A DNA stretch of 64,000 nt, taken from the human T2T-CHM13v2.0 reference genome, Homo sapiens. The notes under the pieces were generated by a model. That model did not search any database. It worked only from the letters and a program-made list of their open reading frames with translations, and was not told the origin of the DNA. The translations under genes were made by a program, and so were the position numbers. Location of the stretch: NCBI RefSeq assembly GCF_009914755.1, contig NC_060943.1; one strand, given 5' to 3'. This document shows positions 1 to 12,133 of this stretch, piece after piece (position 1 is the stretch's first letter; every line of letters begins with the position of its first letter).

Positions 1-12
1 GCTGTTTGAGGA

Positions 13-29
13 ATTCGTTTTAAACGGGA
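13..29 (+). promoter_or_regulatory. CENP-B box (m32), intact core
   Basis: ATTCGTTTTAAACGGGA matches NTTCGNNNNANNCGGGN. Confidence 0.85.
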
Positions 30-865
30 TATCTTCACATTCAAACTAGTCAGAAGCATTCTCAGAAACTGGTTTGTGATGTGTGCATTCTACTCACAGA
101 GTTGAACCTTCCTTTTGAGAGAGCAGTTTTGAAACAATCTTTTTGTATTCTCTACAAGTGGATACTTGGAGCAATGGGAGGACTAAGATTGAAAAGGAAA
201 TATCTTCACGGCCAAACTTGACAGAAGCTTTCTCAGAATCTGCTTTGTGATGTGTGCATTTACCTCACAGAGTGGAACCGTCCTTTTGATAGAGCAGTTC
301 TGAAACAGTCTTTTTGTAGGATCTGCGAGTGTTCATTTTGGAGCGCTTTTAAGCCTTTGGCGGAAAAGGAAATATCTTCACAAAAAAACTAGACAGAGGC
401 ATGCTCAGGAACTTCACTGAGATGTGTGCATTCAAGTAACTGAGTTGAATCTGCCTTTTGATAGAGCAGAATTGAAACACTCCTTTTGTAGAATCTGCTT
501 GTGGATATTTGGAACTCTTTCAGGAGTTCGTTGGCAGCTGGTATCTTCACAAAAAAAGGAGACCCAAGGATTCTCAAAAAGTTCCTTGAGATGTGTGCCT
601 TAAACTCACAGACTTCAAACTTTCTTTTGAGAGATCAGTGTTGGAACACGCTTTTTGTAGAATCTGCAAGTGTTCATTTAGTGCGCTTTGTTGCCTATGG
701 TGGAAAAAGAAATATCTTCAAATGAAAACTAGACAGAAACATTCTCAGAAACTCCTTTGTGAAGTGTGTGTCAAATTCACAGAATTGAAATATTCCTTTG
801 ATAGCGCAGCTTTGAAACACCGCTTTTATAGGATCTGCTTGTGGATATCTGGAGCTCTTTGAGGA

Positions 866-882
866 ATTTGTTGTAAACGGGA
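866..882 (+). other. Degenerate CENP-B box in m5 (TTCG to TTTG); repeated in every HOR copy
   Basis: ATTTGTTGTAAACGGGA, one C>T change from the intact m7 box. Confidence 0.8.
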
Positions 883-1206
883 TATCTTCACATACAAAGT
901 AGACAGAAGCATTCTCAGAAACTGCTTTGTGATGTGTGCATTCCAATCACAGACTTCAACCTTTCTTTTGAAAGAGCAGTGTTCAAACACACATTTTGTA
1001 GGATGTGCAAGTGTTCACTTGGAGCGCTTTTTTGCCTATGGTGGAAAAAGAAATATCTTCACATAAATACTAGACAGAAGCATTCTCAGAAACGCCTTAG
1101 TGATGTGTTTGTTCTATTCAGAGAGTTGAACCTTTCTTTTGATAGAGCAGTTTTGATACACTGCTTCTGTAGAATCTGCTTGTGGATATTTGGAGCTCTT
1201 TGAGGA

Positions 1207-1223
1207 ATTCGTTGTAAACGGGA
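1207..1223 (+). promoter_or_regulatory. CENP-B box (m7), intact core
   Basis: ATTCGTTGTAAACGGGA matches NTTCGNNNNANNCGGGN. Confidence 0.88.
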
Positions 1224-4200
1224 TATCTTCACATACAAACTAGACAGAAGCATTCTCAGAAACTGCTTTGTGGTGTGTGCATTCAACTCACAGAGTTGAA
1301 CCTTCCTTCTGAGAGAGCAGTTTTTAAACAGTCTCTTTGAAATATCTGCAAGTGGATATTTGGAGCGATGGGAAGTCTAAGTTTGAAAAGGAAATATCCT
1401 CACATACAAACTAGACAGAAGCAATCTCATTAACTGCTTTGCGATGTGTGCATTCAGCTCACAGAGTTGAACCTTCCTTTTGAGAGAGCAGTTTTGAAAC
1501 AGTTTTTTGTAGTATCCTCAAGTGGATATATGGAGCGATGTGAGGCTTAAGATGGAAACGGGAATATCTTCACATGCAAACTAGAAAGAAGCATTCTCAG
1601 AAACTGCTTTGTGATGGGTGCATTCAACTCAGAGACTTGAACATTTCTTTAGACGGAGCAGTGTTGAAACACACATATGCAGAATCTGCAAGAGTTCATT
1701 TGGAGCGCTTTGATGCCTATGGTGGAAAAAGAAATATCTTCACATAAAGACTAGAAAGAAGCGTTCTCCGAAACTCCTTTGTGATATATGTGTTCAGTTC
1801 ACAGAGTTGAACCTTTCTTTTGATTGAGCAGTTTTGAAACACTGCTTTTCTAGAATCTGCTTTTGGATATTTGAAGCTCTTTGACGAATTCACTGTCAAT
1901 GTTATATCTTCACATACAAACTAGACAGAAGCATTCTCAGAAACTGCTTTTTGATGTGTGCATTCAACACACGGAGTTGAACCTTCCTTCTGAGAACAGT
2001 TTTGAAGCAGTCTTTTTGTGGTATCTGCAAGTCGATATTTGGAACGATTTGGGACCTATGAGGGAAAAGGAACTATCTTCACGTACAAGCTAGACAGAAG
2101 CATTCTCAGAAACTGCTTTGTGATGTGTGCATTCAACACACGGAGTTGAACCTTCCTTCTGAGAGAACGGTTTTCAAACAGTCTTTTTGTAGTATCTGCA
2201 AGTCGATATTTGGAACGATTTGAGGCCTATGAGGGAAAAGGAACTATCTTCACATACAAACTAGACAGAAGCATGCTCAGAAACTGCTGTGTGATGTGTG
2301 CATTCAACTCACAGAGTTGAACCTTCCTTTTGAGAGAGACGTTTTGAAACAGTCTTTTTGTAGTATGTACAGGTGGATATTTTTGGTGATTTGAGGTCTA
2401 AGATGGAAAAGGAAATACCTTCACCTACAAACTAGACAGAAGCATTCTCAGAAACTGCTTTGTGATGTGTGCATTAAACTTACAGACTTGAAACCTTATT
2501 TTGATAGAGCAGTGTTGAAACACACTTTTTATAGAATCTGCAAGTGTTCATTTGGAGAGCTTTGTTGCCTGTGGTGGAAAAAGAAATGTGTTCACATACA
2601 AACTAGAAAGAAGCCTTCTCAGAAACTCCTTTGAGATGTTTGTGTCCAATTCACAAAGTTGAACCTTTCTTTTGATAGAGCAGATTTGAAACACTGCTTT
2701 TGTAGAATCTGCTTGCATGTATTTGGAGGTCTTTGAGGAATTGGGCGTATACGGGATATCTTCACATACAAATTACACAGAAGCATTCTCAGAAACTGCT
2801 CTGTGATGTGTGCATTCCTCTCACAGAGTTGAAACTTTCTTTTGAGAAAGCTGTTCTGAAACAGTCTTTTTGTAGTATCTGCAAGTGGATATTTGGAGCG
2901 ATTTGAGGCCTATGATGGAAAAGGAAATATGTTCACTTACAAACTAGACAGAAGCATTCTCAGAAACTGCTTTGTGATGTGTGTGTTCAATTCACAGGGT
3001 TGACTCTTTCTTTTGATTGAGCAGTTTTGAACCACCTGTTTTGTAGAATCTGCTTGTGGATATTTGTAGCTCTTGGAGGAATTCTTTGTAAAAGGGATAT
3101 CTTCACATACACACTAGTCAGAAGCATTCTCAGAAACTTCTTTGTGATGTGTGAATTGAACTCACAGAGTTGAACCTTCCTTTTGAGAGAGCCGTTTTGA
3201 AACAATCTTTTTGAAGTATCTTCAATTGGATGTTTGTAGTGATTTGAGGCCTAAGATGGAAGAGGAAATATCTTCACATACAATCTAGACAGAAGCACTC
3301 TCAGAAGCTGCTTGGTGATGTCTGCATTCAACTCACAGACTTGAACCCTTGTTTTGAAAGAGCAGTGTTGAAACACACATTTTGTACGATCTGCAAGTGT
3401 TCATTTGGAACGCTGTTGTGCCTATGGTGGATAAAGAAATATCTTCACATAAATACTAGAAAGTAGCATTCTCAGAAACTGCTTTGTGATGTGTGCATTC
3501 AACTCACAGAGTTGAACCTTCCTTTTGAGAGAGAGGTTTTGAAACAGTCTTTTTGTAGTATCTGCAAGTGGATATTTTTAGTGATTTGAGGTCTAAGATG
3601 GAAAAGGAAATACCTTCACCTACAAACTAGACAGAAGCATTCTCAGAAACTGCTTTGTGATGTGTGCATTAAACTTACAGACTTGAAACTTTATTTTGAT
3701 AGAGCAGTGTTGAAACACACTTTTTATAGAATCTGCAAGTGTTCATTTGGAGAGCTTTGTTGCCTGTGGTGGAAAAAGGAATATGTTCACCTAGAAACTA
3801 GAAAGAAGCCTTCTCAGAAACTCCTTTGAGATGTTTGTGTCCAATTCACAAAGTTGAACCTTTCTTTTGATAGAGCAGATTTGAAACACTGCTTTTGTAG
3901 AATCTGCTTGCGGATATTTGGCGGTCTTTTAGGAATTGGGCGTATACGGGAGATCTTCACATACAAGTTACACAGAAGCATTCTCAGAAACTGCTTTGTG
4001 ATGTGTGCATTCAACTCACAGAGTTGAAACTTTCTTTTGAGAAAGCAGTTTTGAAACAGTCTTTTTGTAGTATCTGCAAGTGGATATTTGGAGCGATTTG
4101 AGGCCTATGATGGAAAAGGAAATACGTTCACATACAAACTAGACAGAAGCGTTCTGAGAAACTGCTTTGTGATGTGTGCATTCACCTCACAGAGTGGAAC

Positions 4201-4786
4201 CTTTCTTTGGATAGAGCAGTTTTGAAACAGTCTTTCTCTAGTATCTGCAAGTGTTCATTTTGAGCGCTTTGAGGCCCATGATGGAAAAGGAAATATTTTC
4301 ACATAAAAACTAGACAGAAGCTTTCTCAGGAACTTCATTGAGATGTGTGCATTAAAGTAACTGAGTGGAATACGTCTTTTGATAGAGCAGTATTGAAACA
4401 CTTCTTTTGTAGAATCTGCCTGTGGATATCTGGAACTCTTTGAAGAATTCTTTGGAAACGGCTATCTTCACATAAAAAGTAGACCCAAGCATTCACAGAA
4501 CGTTCTTTGTGACATGTACATTGGACTCCCAGACTTGAAACTTTCTTTTGATAGAGCAGTGTTGGAACACACTTTTTGTAGAATCTTCATGTGTTCGTTT
4601 GGAGTGCTCTGTTGCCTATGGTGGAAAAAGGAATATCTTCACCTAAAAACCAGACAGAAGCATTCTCAGAGACTGCTTTGTGATGTGTGTGTTCAATTCG
4701 CAGAGTTGAAAGTTGCTTTTGATAGAGCAGTTTTGAAACACTGCTTTTGTAGAATCTGCTTGTTGCTATTGGGGGCTCTTTGAGGA

Positions 4787-4803
4787 ATTTGTTGTAAACG
4801 GGA
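4787..4803 (+). other. Degenerate CENP-B box in m28 (TTCG to TTTG); repeated in every complete HOR copy
   Basis: ATTTGTTGTAAACGGGA. Confidence 0.8.
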
Positions 4804-5467
4804 TATCTTCACATACAAAGTAGGCAGAAGCATTCTCAGAAACTGCTCTGTGATGTGTGCATTCAACTCACAGAGTTGAACCTTCCTTTTGCGAGAGCTG
4901 TTTTGAAGCAGTCTTTTTGTGGTATCTGCAATTGGATATTTGGATCGATTTGAGGCCTAAGATGGAAAAGGAAATATCTTCACATACAAACTAGACAGAA
5001 GCATTCTCAGACACTGCGTTGTGATGTGTGCATTCAACTCACAGAGTTGAACCTTCCTTTTGAGAGCAGTTTTGAAACAGTCTTTTTGAAGTATCTGCAA
5101 GTGGATGTTTGGAGAGATTTGAGGCCTAAGATGGAAAAGGATATATCTTCACCTAAAAACTAGGCAGAAGCATTCTCAGAAACTGCTTTGTGATGTGGGG
5201 ATTCAACTCACAGGCTTGAAACTTTCTTTTGATAGAGCAGGGTTGAAACACACTTTTTGTAGAATCTGCAAGTGTTCATTTGGAGTGCTTTCTTGCCCAT
5301 GGTGGAAAAAGAAATATCTTCACGTAAAAACTAGACAGAAACATTCTCAGAAAATACTTTGTGATGTGGTTGTTCAATTCACAGGGTTGAACCTTTCTTT
5401 AGATAAAGCAGTTTTGAAACACTGCTTTTGTAGAATCTTCTTGTGGATATTTGGAGCTGTTTGAGGA

Positions 5468-5484
5468 ATTCGTTTTAAACGGGA
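5468..5484 (+). promoter_or_regulatory. CENP-B box (m32)
   Basis: ATTCGTTTTAAACGGGA. Confidence 0.85.
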
Positions 5485-6661
5485 TATCTTCACATTCAAA
5501 CTAGTCAGAAGCATTCTCAGAAACTGGTTTGTGATGTGTGCATTCTACTCACAGAGTTGAACCTTCCTTTTGAGAGAGCAGTTTTGAAACAATCTTTTTG
5601 TATTCTCTACAAGTGGATACTTGGAGCAATGGGAGGACTAAGATTGAAAAGGAAATATCTTCACGGCCAAACTTGACAGAAGCTTTCTCAGAATCTGCTT
5701 TGTGATGTGTGCATTTACCTCACAGAGTGGAACCGTCCTTTTGATAGAGCAGTTCTGAAACAGTCTTTTTGTAGGATCTGCGAGTGTTCATTTTGGAGCG
5801 CTTTTAAGCCTTTGGCGGAAAAGGAAATATCTTCACAAAAAAACTAGACAGAGGCATGCTCAGGAACTTCACTGAGATGTGTGCATTCAAGTAACTGAGT
5901 TGAATCTGCCTTTTGATAGAGCAGAATTGAAACACTCCTTTTGTAGAATCTGCTTGTGGATATTTGGAACTCTTTCAGGAGTTCGTTGGCAGCTGGTATC
6001 TTCACAAAAAAAGGAGACCCAAGGATTCTCAAAAAGTTCCTTGAGATGTGTGCCTTAAACTCACAGACTTCAAACTTTCTTTTGAGAGATCAGTGTTGGA
6101 ACACGCTTTTTGTAGAATCTGCAAGTGTTCATTTAGTGCGCTTTGTTGCCTATGGTGGAAAAAGAAATATCTTCAAATGAAAACTAGACAGAAACATTCT
6201 CAGAAACTCCTTTGTGAAGTGTGTGTCAAATTCACAGAATTGAAATATTCCTTTGATAGCGCAGCTTTGAAACACCACTTTTATAGGATCTGCTTGTGGA
6301 TATCTGGAGCTCTTTGAGGAATTTGTTGTAAACGGGATATCTTCACATACAAAGTAGACAGAAGCATTCTCAGAAACTGCTTTGTGATGTGTGCATTCCA
6401 ATCACAGACTTCAACCTTTCTTTTGAAAGAGCAGTGTTCAAACACACATTTTGTAGGATGTGCAAGTGTTCACTTGGAGCGCTTTTTTGCCTATGGTGGA
6501 AAAAGAAATATCTTCACATAAATACTAGACAGAAGCATTCTCAGAAACGCCTTAGTGATGTGTTTGTTCTATTCAGAGAGTTGAACCTTTCTTTTGATAG
6601 AGCAGTTTTGATACACTGCTTCTGTAGAATCTGCTTGTGGATATTTGGAGCTCTTTGAGGA

Positions 6662-6678
6662 ATTCGTTGTAAACGGGA
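6662..6678 (+). promoter_or_regulatory. CENP-B box (m7)
   Basis: ATTCGTTGTAAACGGGA. Confidence 0.88.
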
Positions 6679-9600
6679 TATCTTCACATACAAACTAGAC
6701 AGAAGCATTCTCAGAAACTGCTTTGTGGTGTGTGCATTCAACTCACAGAGTTGAACCTTCCTTCTGAGAGAGCAGTTTTTAAACAGTCTCTTTGAAATAT
6801 CTGCAAGTGGATATTTGGAGCGATGGGAAGTCTAAGTTTGAAAAGGAAATATCCTCACATACAAACTAGACAGAAGCAATCTCATTAACTGCTTTGCGAT
6901 GTGTGCATTCAGCTCACAGAGTTGAACCTTCCTTTTGAGAGAGCAGTTTTGAAACAGTTTTTTGTAGTATCCTCAAGTGGATATATGGAGCGATGTGAGG
7001 CTTAAGATGGAAACGGGAATATCTTCACATGCAAACTAGAAAGAAGCATTCTCAGAAACTGCTTTGTGATGGGTGCATTCAACTCAGAGACTTGAACATT
7101 TCTTTAGACGGAGCAGTGTTGAAACACACATATGCAGAATCTGCAAGAGTTCATTTGGAGCGCTTTGATGCCTATGGTGGAAAAAGAAATATCTTCACAT
7201 AAAGACTAGAAAGAAGCGTTCTCCGAAACTCCTTTGTGATATATGTGTTCAGTTCACAGAGTTGAACCTTTCTTTTGATTGAGCAGTTTTGAAACACTGC
7301 TTTTCTAGAATCTGCTTTTGGATATTTGAAGCTCTTTGACGAATTCACTGTCAATGTTATATCTTCACATACAAACTAGACAGAAGCATTCTCAGAAACT
7401 GCTTTTTGATGTGTGCATTCAACACACGGAGTTGAACCTTCCTTCTGAGAACAGTTTTGAAGCAGTCTTTTTGTGGTATCTGCAAGTCGATATTTGGAAC
7501 GATTTGGGACCTATGAGGGAAAAGGAACTATCTTCACGTACAAGCTAGACAGAAGCATTCTCAGAAACTGCTTTGTGATGTGTGCATTCAACACACGGAG
7601 TTGAACCTTCCTTCTGAGAGAACGGTTTTCAAACAGTCTTTTTGTAGTATCTGCAAGTCGATATTTGGAACGATTTGAGGCCTATGAGGGAAAAGGAACT
7701 ATCTTCACATACAAACTAGACAGAAGCATGCTCAGAAACTGCTGTGTGATGTGTGCATTCAACTCACAGAGTTGAACCTTCCTTTTGAGAGAGACGTTTT
7801 GAAACAGTCTTTTTGTAGTATGTACAGGTGGATATTTTTGGTGATTTGAGGTCTAAGATGGAAAAGGAAATACCTTCACCTACAAACTAGACAGAAGCAT
7901 TCTCAGAAACTGCTTTGTGATGTGTGCATTAAACTTACAGACTTGAAACCTTATTTTGATAGAGCAGTGTTGAAACACACTTTTTATAGAATCTGCAAGT
8001 GTTCATTTGGAGAGCTTTGTTGCCTGTGGTGGAAAAAGAAATGTGTTCACATACAAACTAGAAAGAAGCCTTCTCAGAAACTCCTTTGAGATGTTTGTGT
8101 CCAATTCACAAAGTTGAACCTTTCTTTTGATAGAGCAGATTTGAAACACTGCTTTTGTAGAATCTGCTTGCATGTATTTGGAGGTCTTTGAGGAATTGGG
8201 CGTATACGGGATATCTTCACATACAAATTACACAGAAGCATTCTCAGAAACTGCTCTGTGATGTGTGCATTCCTCTCACAGAGTTGAAACTTTCTTTTGA
8301 GAAAGCTGTTCTGAAACAGTCTTTTTGTAGTATCTGCAAGTGGATATTTGGAGCGATTTGAGGCCTATGATGGAAAAGGAAATATGTTCACTTACAAACT
8401 AGACAGAAGCATTCTCAGAAACTGCTTTGTGATGTGTGTGTTCAATTCACAGGGTTGACTCTTTCTTTTGATTGAGCAGTTTTGAACCACCTGTTTTGTA
8501 GAATCTGCTTGTGGATATTTGTAGCTCTTGGAGGAATTCTTTGTAAAAGGGATATCTTCACATACACACTAGTCAGAAGCATTCTCAGAAACTTCTTTGT
8601 GATGTGTGAATTGAACTCACAGAGTTGAACCTTCCTTTTGAGAGAGCCGTTTTGAAACAATCTTTTTGAAGTATCTTCAATTGGATGTTTGTAGTGATTT
8701 GAGGCCTAAGATGGAATAGGAAATATCTTCACATACAATCTAGACAGAAGCACTCTCAGAAGCTGCTTGGTGATGTCTGCATTCAACTCACAGACTTGAA
8801 CCCTTGTTTTGAAAGAGCAGTGTTGAAACACACATTTTGTACGATCTGCAAGTGTTCATTTGGAACGCTGTTGTGCCTATGGTGGATAAAGAAATATCTT
8901 CACATAAATACTAGAAAGTAGCATTCTCAGAAACTGCTTTGTGATGTGTGCATTCAACTCACAGAGTTGCACCTTCCTTTTGAGAGAGAGGTTTTGAAAC
9001 AGTCTTTTTGTAGTATCTGCAAGTGGATATTTTTAGTGATTTGAGGTCTAAGATGGAAAAGGAAATACCTTCACCTACAAACTAGACAGAAGCATTCTCA
9101 GAAACTGCTTTGTGATGTGTGCATTAAACTTACAGACTTGAAACTTTATTTTGATAGAGCAGTGTTGAAACACACTTTTTATAGAATCTGCAAGTGTTCA
9201 TTTGGAGAGCTTTGTTGCCTGTGGTGGAAAAAGGAATATGTTCACCTAGAAACTAGAAAGAAGCCTTCTCAGAAACTCCTTTGAGATGTTTGTGTCCAAT
9301 TCACAAAGTTGAACCTTTCTTTTGATAGAGCAGATTTGAAACACTGCTTTTGTAGAATCTGCTTGCGGATATTTGGCGGTCTTTTAGGAATTGGGCGTAT
9401 ACGGGAGATCTTCACATACAAGTTACACAGAAGCATTCTCAGAAACTGCTTTGTGATGTGTGCATTCAACTCACAGAGTTGAAACTTTCTTTTGAGAAAG
9501 CAGTTTTGAAACAGTCTTTTTGTAGTATCTGCAAGTGGATATTTGGAGCGATTTGAGGCCTATGATGGAAAAGGAAATATGTTCACATACAAACTAGACA

Positions 9601-10922
9601 GAAGCGTTCTCAGAAACTGCTTTGTGATGTGTGCATTCACCTCACAGAGTGGAACCTTTCTTTGGATAGAGCAGTTTTGAAACAGTCTTTCTCTAGTATC
9701 TGCAAGTGTTCATTTTGAGCGCTTTGAGGCCCATGATGGAAAAGGAAATATTTTCACATAAAAACTAGACAGAAGCTTTCTCAGGAACTTCATTGAGATG
9801 TGTGCATTAAAGTAACTGAGTGGAATACGTCTTTTGATAGAGCAGTATTGAAACACTTCTTTTGTAGAATCTGCCTGTGGATATCTGGAACTCTTTGAAG
9901 AATTCTTTGGAAACGGCTATCTTCACATAAAAAGTAGACCCAAGCATTCACAGAACGTTCTTTGTGACATGTACATTGGACTCCCAGACTTGAAACTTTC
10001 TTTTGATAGAGCAGTGTTGGAACACACTTTTTGTAGAATCTTCATGTGTTCGTTTGGAGTGCTCTGTTGCCTATGGTGGAAAAAGGAATATCTTCACCTA
10101 AAAACCAGACAGAAGCATTCTCAGAGACTGCTTTGTGATGTGTGTGTTCAATTCGCAGAGTTGAAAGTTGCTTTTGATAGAGCAGTTTTGAAACACTGCT
10201 TTTGTAGAATCTGCTTGTTGCTATTGGGGGCTCTTTGAGGAATTTGTTGTAAACGGGATATCTTCACATACAAAGTAGGCAGAAGCATTCTCAGAAACTG
10301 CTCTGTGATGTGTGCATTCAACTCACAGAGTTGAACCTTCCTTTTGCGAGAGCTGTTTTGAAGCAGTCTTTTTGTGGTATCTGCAATTGGATATTTGGAT
10401 CGATTTGAGGCCTAAGATGGAAAAGGAAATATCTTCACATACAAACTAGACAGAAGCATTCTCAGACACTGCGTTGTGATGTGTGCATTCAACTCACAGA
10501 GTTGAACCTTCCTTTTGAGAGCAGTTTTGAAACAGTCTTTTTGAAGTATCTGCAAGTGGATGTTTGGAGAGATTTGAGGCCTAAGATGGAAAAGGATATA
10601 TCTTCACCTAAAAACTAGGCAGAAGCATTCTCAGAAACTGCTTTGTGATGTGGGGATTCAACTCACAGGCTTGAAACTTTCTTTTGATAGAGCAGGGTTG
10701 AAACACACTTTTTGTAGAATCTGCAAGTGTTCATTTGGAGTGCTTTCTTGCCCATGGTGGAAAAAGAAATATCTTCACGTAAAAACTAGACAGAAACATT
10801 CTCAGAAAATACTTTGTGATGTGGTTGTTCAATTCACAGGGTTGAACCTTTCTTTAGATAAAGCAGTTTTGAAACACTGCTTTTGTAGAATCTTCTTGTG
10901 GATATTTGGAGCTGTTTGAGGA

Positions 10923-10939
10923 ATTCGTTTTAAACGGGA
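10923..10939 (+). promoter_or_regulatory. CENP-B box (m32)
   Basis: ATTCGTTTTAAACGGGA. Confidence 0.85.
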
Positions 10940-12116
10940 TATCTTCACATTCAAACTAGTCAGAAGCATTCTCAGAAACTGGTTTGTGATGTGTGCATTC
11001 TACTCACAGAGTTGAACCTTCCTTTTGAGAGAGCAGTTTTGAAACAATCTTTTTGTATTCTCTACAAGTGGATACTTGGAGCAATGGGAGGACTAAGATT
11101 GAAAAGGAAATATCTTCACGGCCAAACTTGACAGAAGCTTTCTCAGAATCTGCTTTGTGATGTGTGCATTTACCTCACAGAGTGGAACCGTCCTTTTGAT
11201 AGAGCAGTTCTGAAACAGTCTTTTTGTAGGATCTGCGAGTGTTCATTTTGGAGCGCTTTTAAGCCTTTGGCGGAAAAGGAAATATCTTCACAAAAAAACT
11301 AGACAGAGGCATGCTCAGGAACTTCACTGAGATGTGTGCATTCAAGTAACTGAGTTGAATCTGCCTTTTGATAGAGCAGAATTGAAACACTCCTTTTGTA
11401 GAATCTGCTTGTGGATATTTGGAACTCTTTCAGGAGTTCGTTGGCAGCTGGTATCTTCACAAAAAAAGGAGACCCAAGGATTCTCAAAAAGTTCCTTGAG
11501 ATGTGTGCCTTAAACTCACAGACTTCAAACTTTCTTTTGAGAGATCAGTGTTGGAACACGCTTTTTGTAGAATCTGCAAGTGTTCATTTAGTGCGCTTTG
11601 TTGCCTATGGTGGAAAAAGAAATATCTTCAAATGAAAACTAGACAGAAACATTCTCAGAAACTCCTTTGTGAAGTGTGTGTCAAATTCACAGAATTGAAA
11701 TATTCCTTTGATAGCGCAGCTTTGAAACACCACTTTTATAGGATCTGCTTGTGGATATCTGGAGCTCTTTGAGGAATTTGTTGTAAACGGGATATCTTCA
11801 CATACAAAGTAGACAGAAGCATTCTCAGAAACTGCTTTGTGATGTGTGCATTCCAATCACAGACTTCAACCTTTCTTTTGAAAGAGCAGTGTTCAAACAC
11901 ACATTTTGTAGGATGTGCAAGTGTTCACTTGGAGCGCTTTTTTGCCTATGGTGGAAAAAGAAATATCTTCACATAAATACTAGACAGAAGCATTCTCAGA
12001 AACGCCTTAGTGATGTGTTTGTTCTATTCAGAGAGTTGAACCTTTCTTTTGATAGAGCAGTTTTGATACACTGCTTCTGTAGAATCTGCTTGTGGATATT
12101 TGGAGCTCTTTGAGGA

Positions 12117-12133
12117 ATTCGTTGTAAACGGGA
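12117..12133 (+). promoter_or_regulatory. CENP-B box (m7)
   Basis: ATTCGTTGTAAACGGGA. Confidence 0.88.

Larger units (their letters stand above)
57..5511 (+). repeat. HOR copy 1, canonical 32-mer (5455 bp)
   Basis: Monomer starts counted at 57,228,400,569,740,910,1081,1251,1422,1592,1762,1932,2101,2272,2443,2614,2784,2955,3125,3296,3467,3638,3809,3979,4150,4321,4490,4661,4831,5002,5171,5342; m1 recurs at 5512. Confidence 0.97.
5512..10966 (+). repeat. HOR copy 2, 32-mer (5455 bp)
   Basis: Near-identical to copy 1 at +5455, differing by a few SNPs. Confidence 0.97.

Noticed and set aside
2746-2753. Palindrome CGTATACG in the degenerate m16/m23 box
   Set aside because: An 8-bp palindrome is too short to imply structure or function, and its recurrence is explained by the internal duplication and HOR amplification.
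57-5511. Naming a specific chromosome, species or HOR identifier
   Set aside because: I cannot support it without a database search; SF5-type arrays occur on several human chromosomes and in other great apes.
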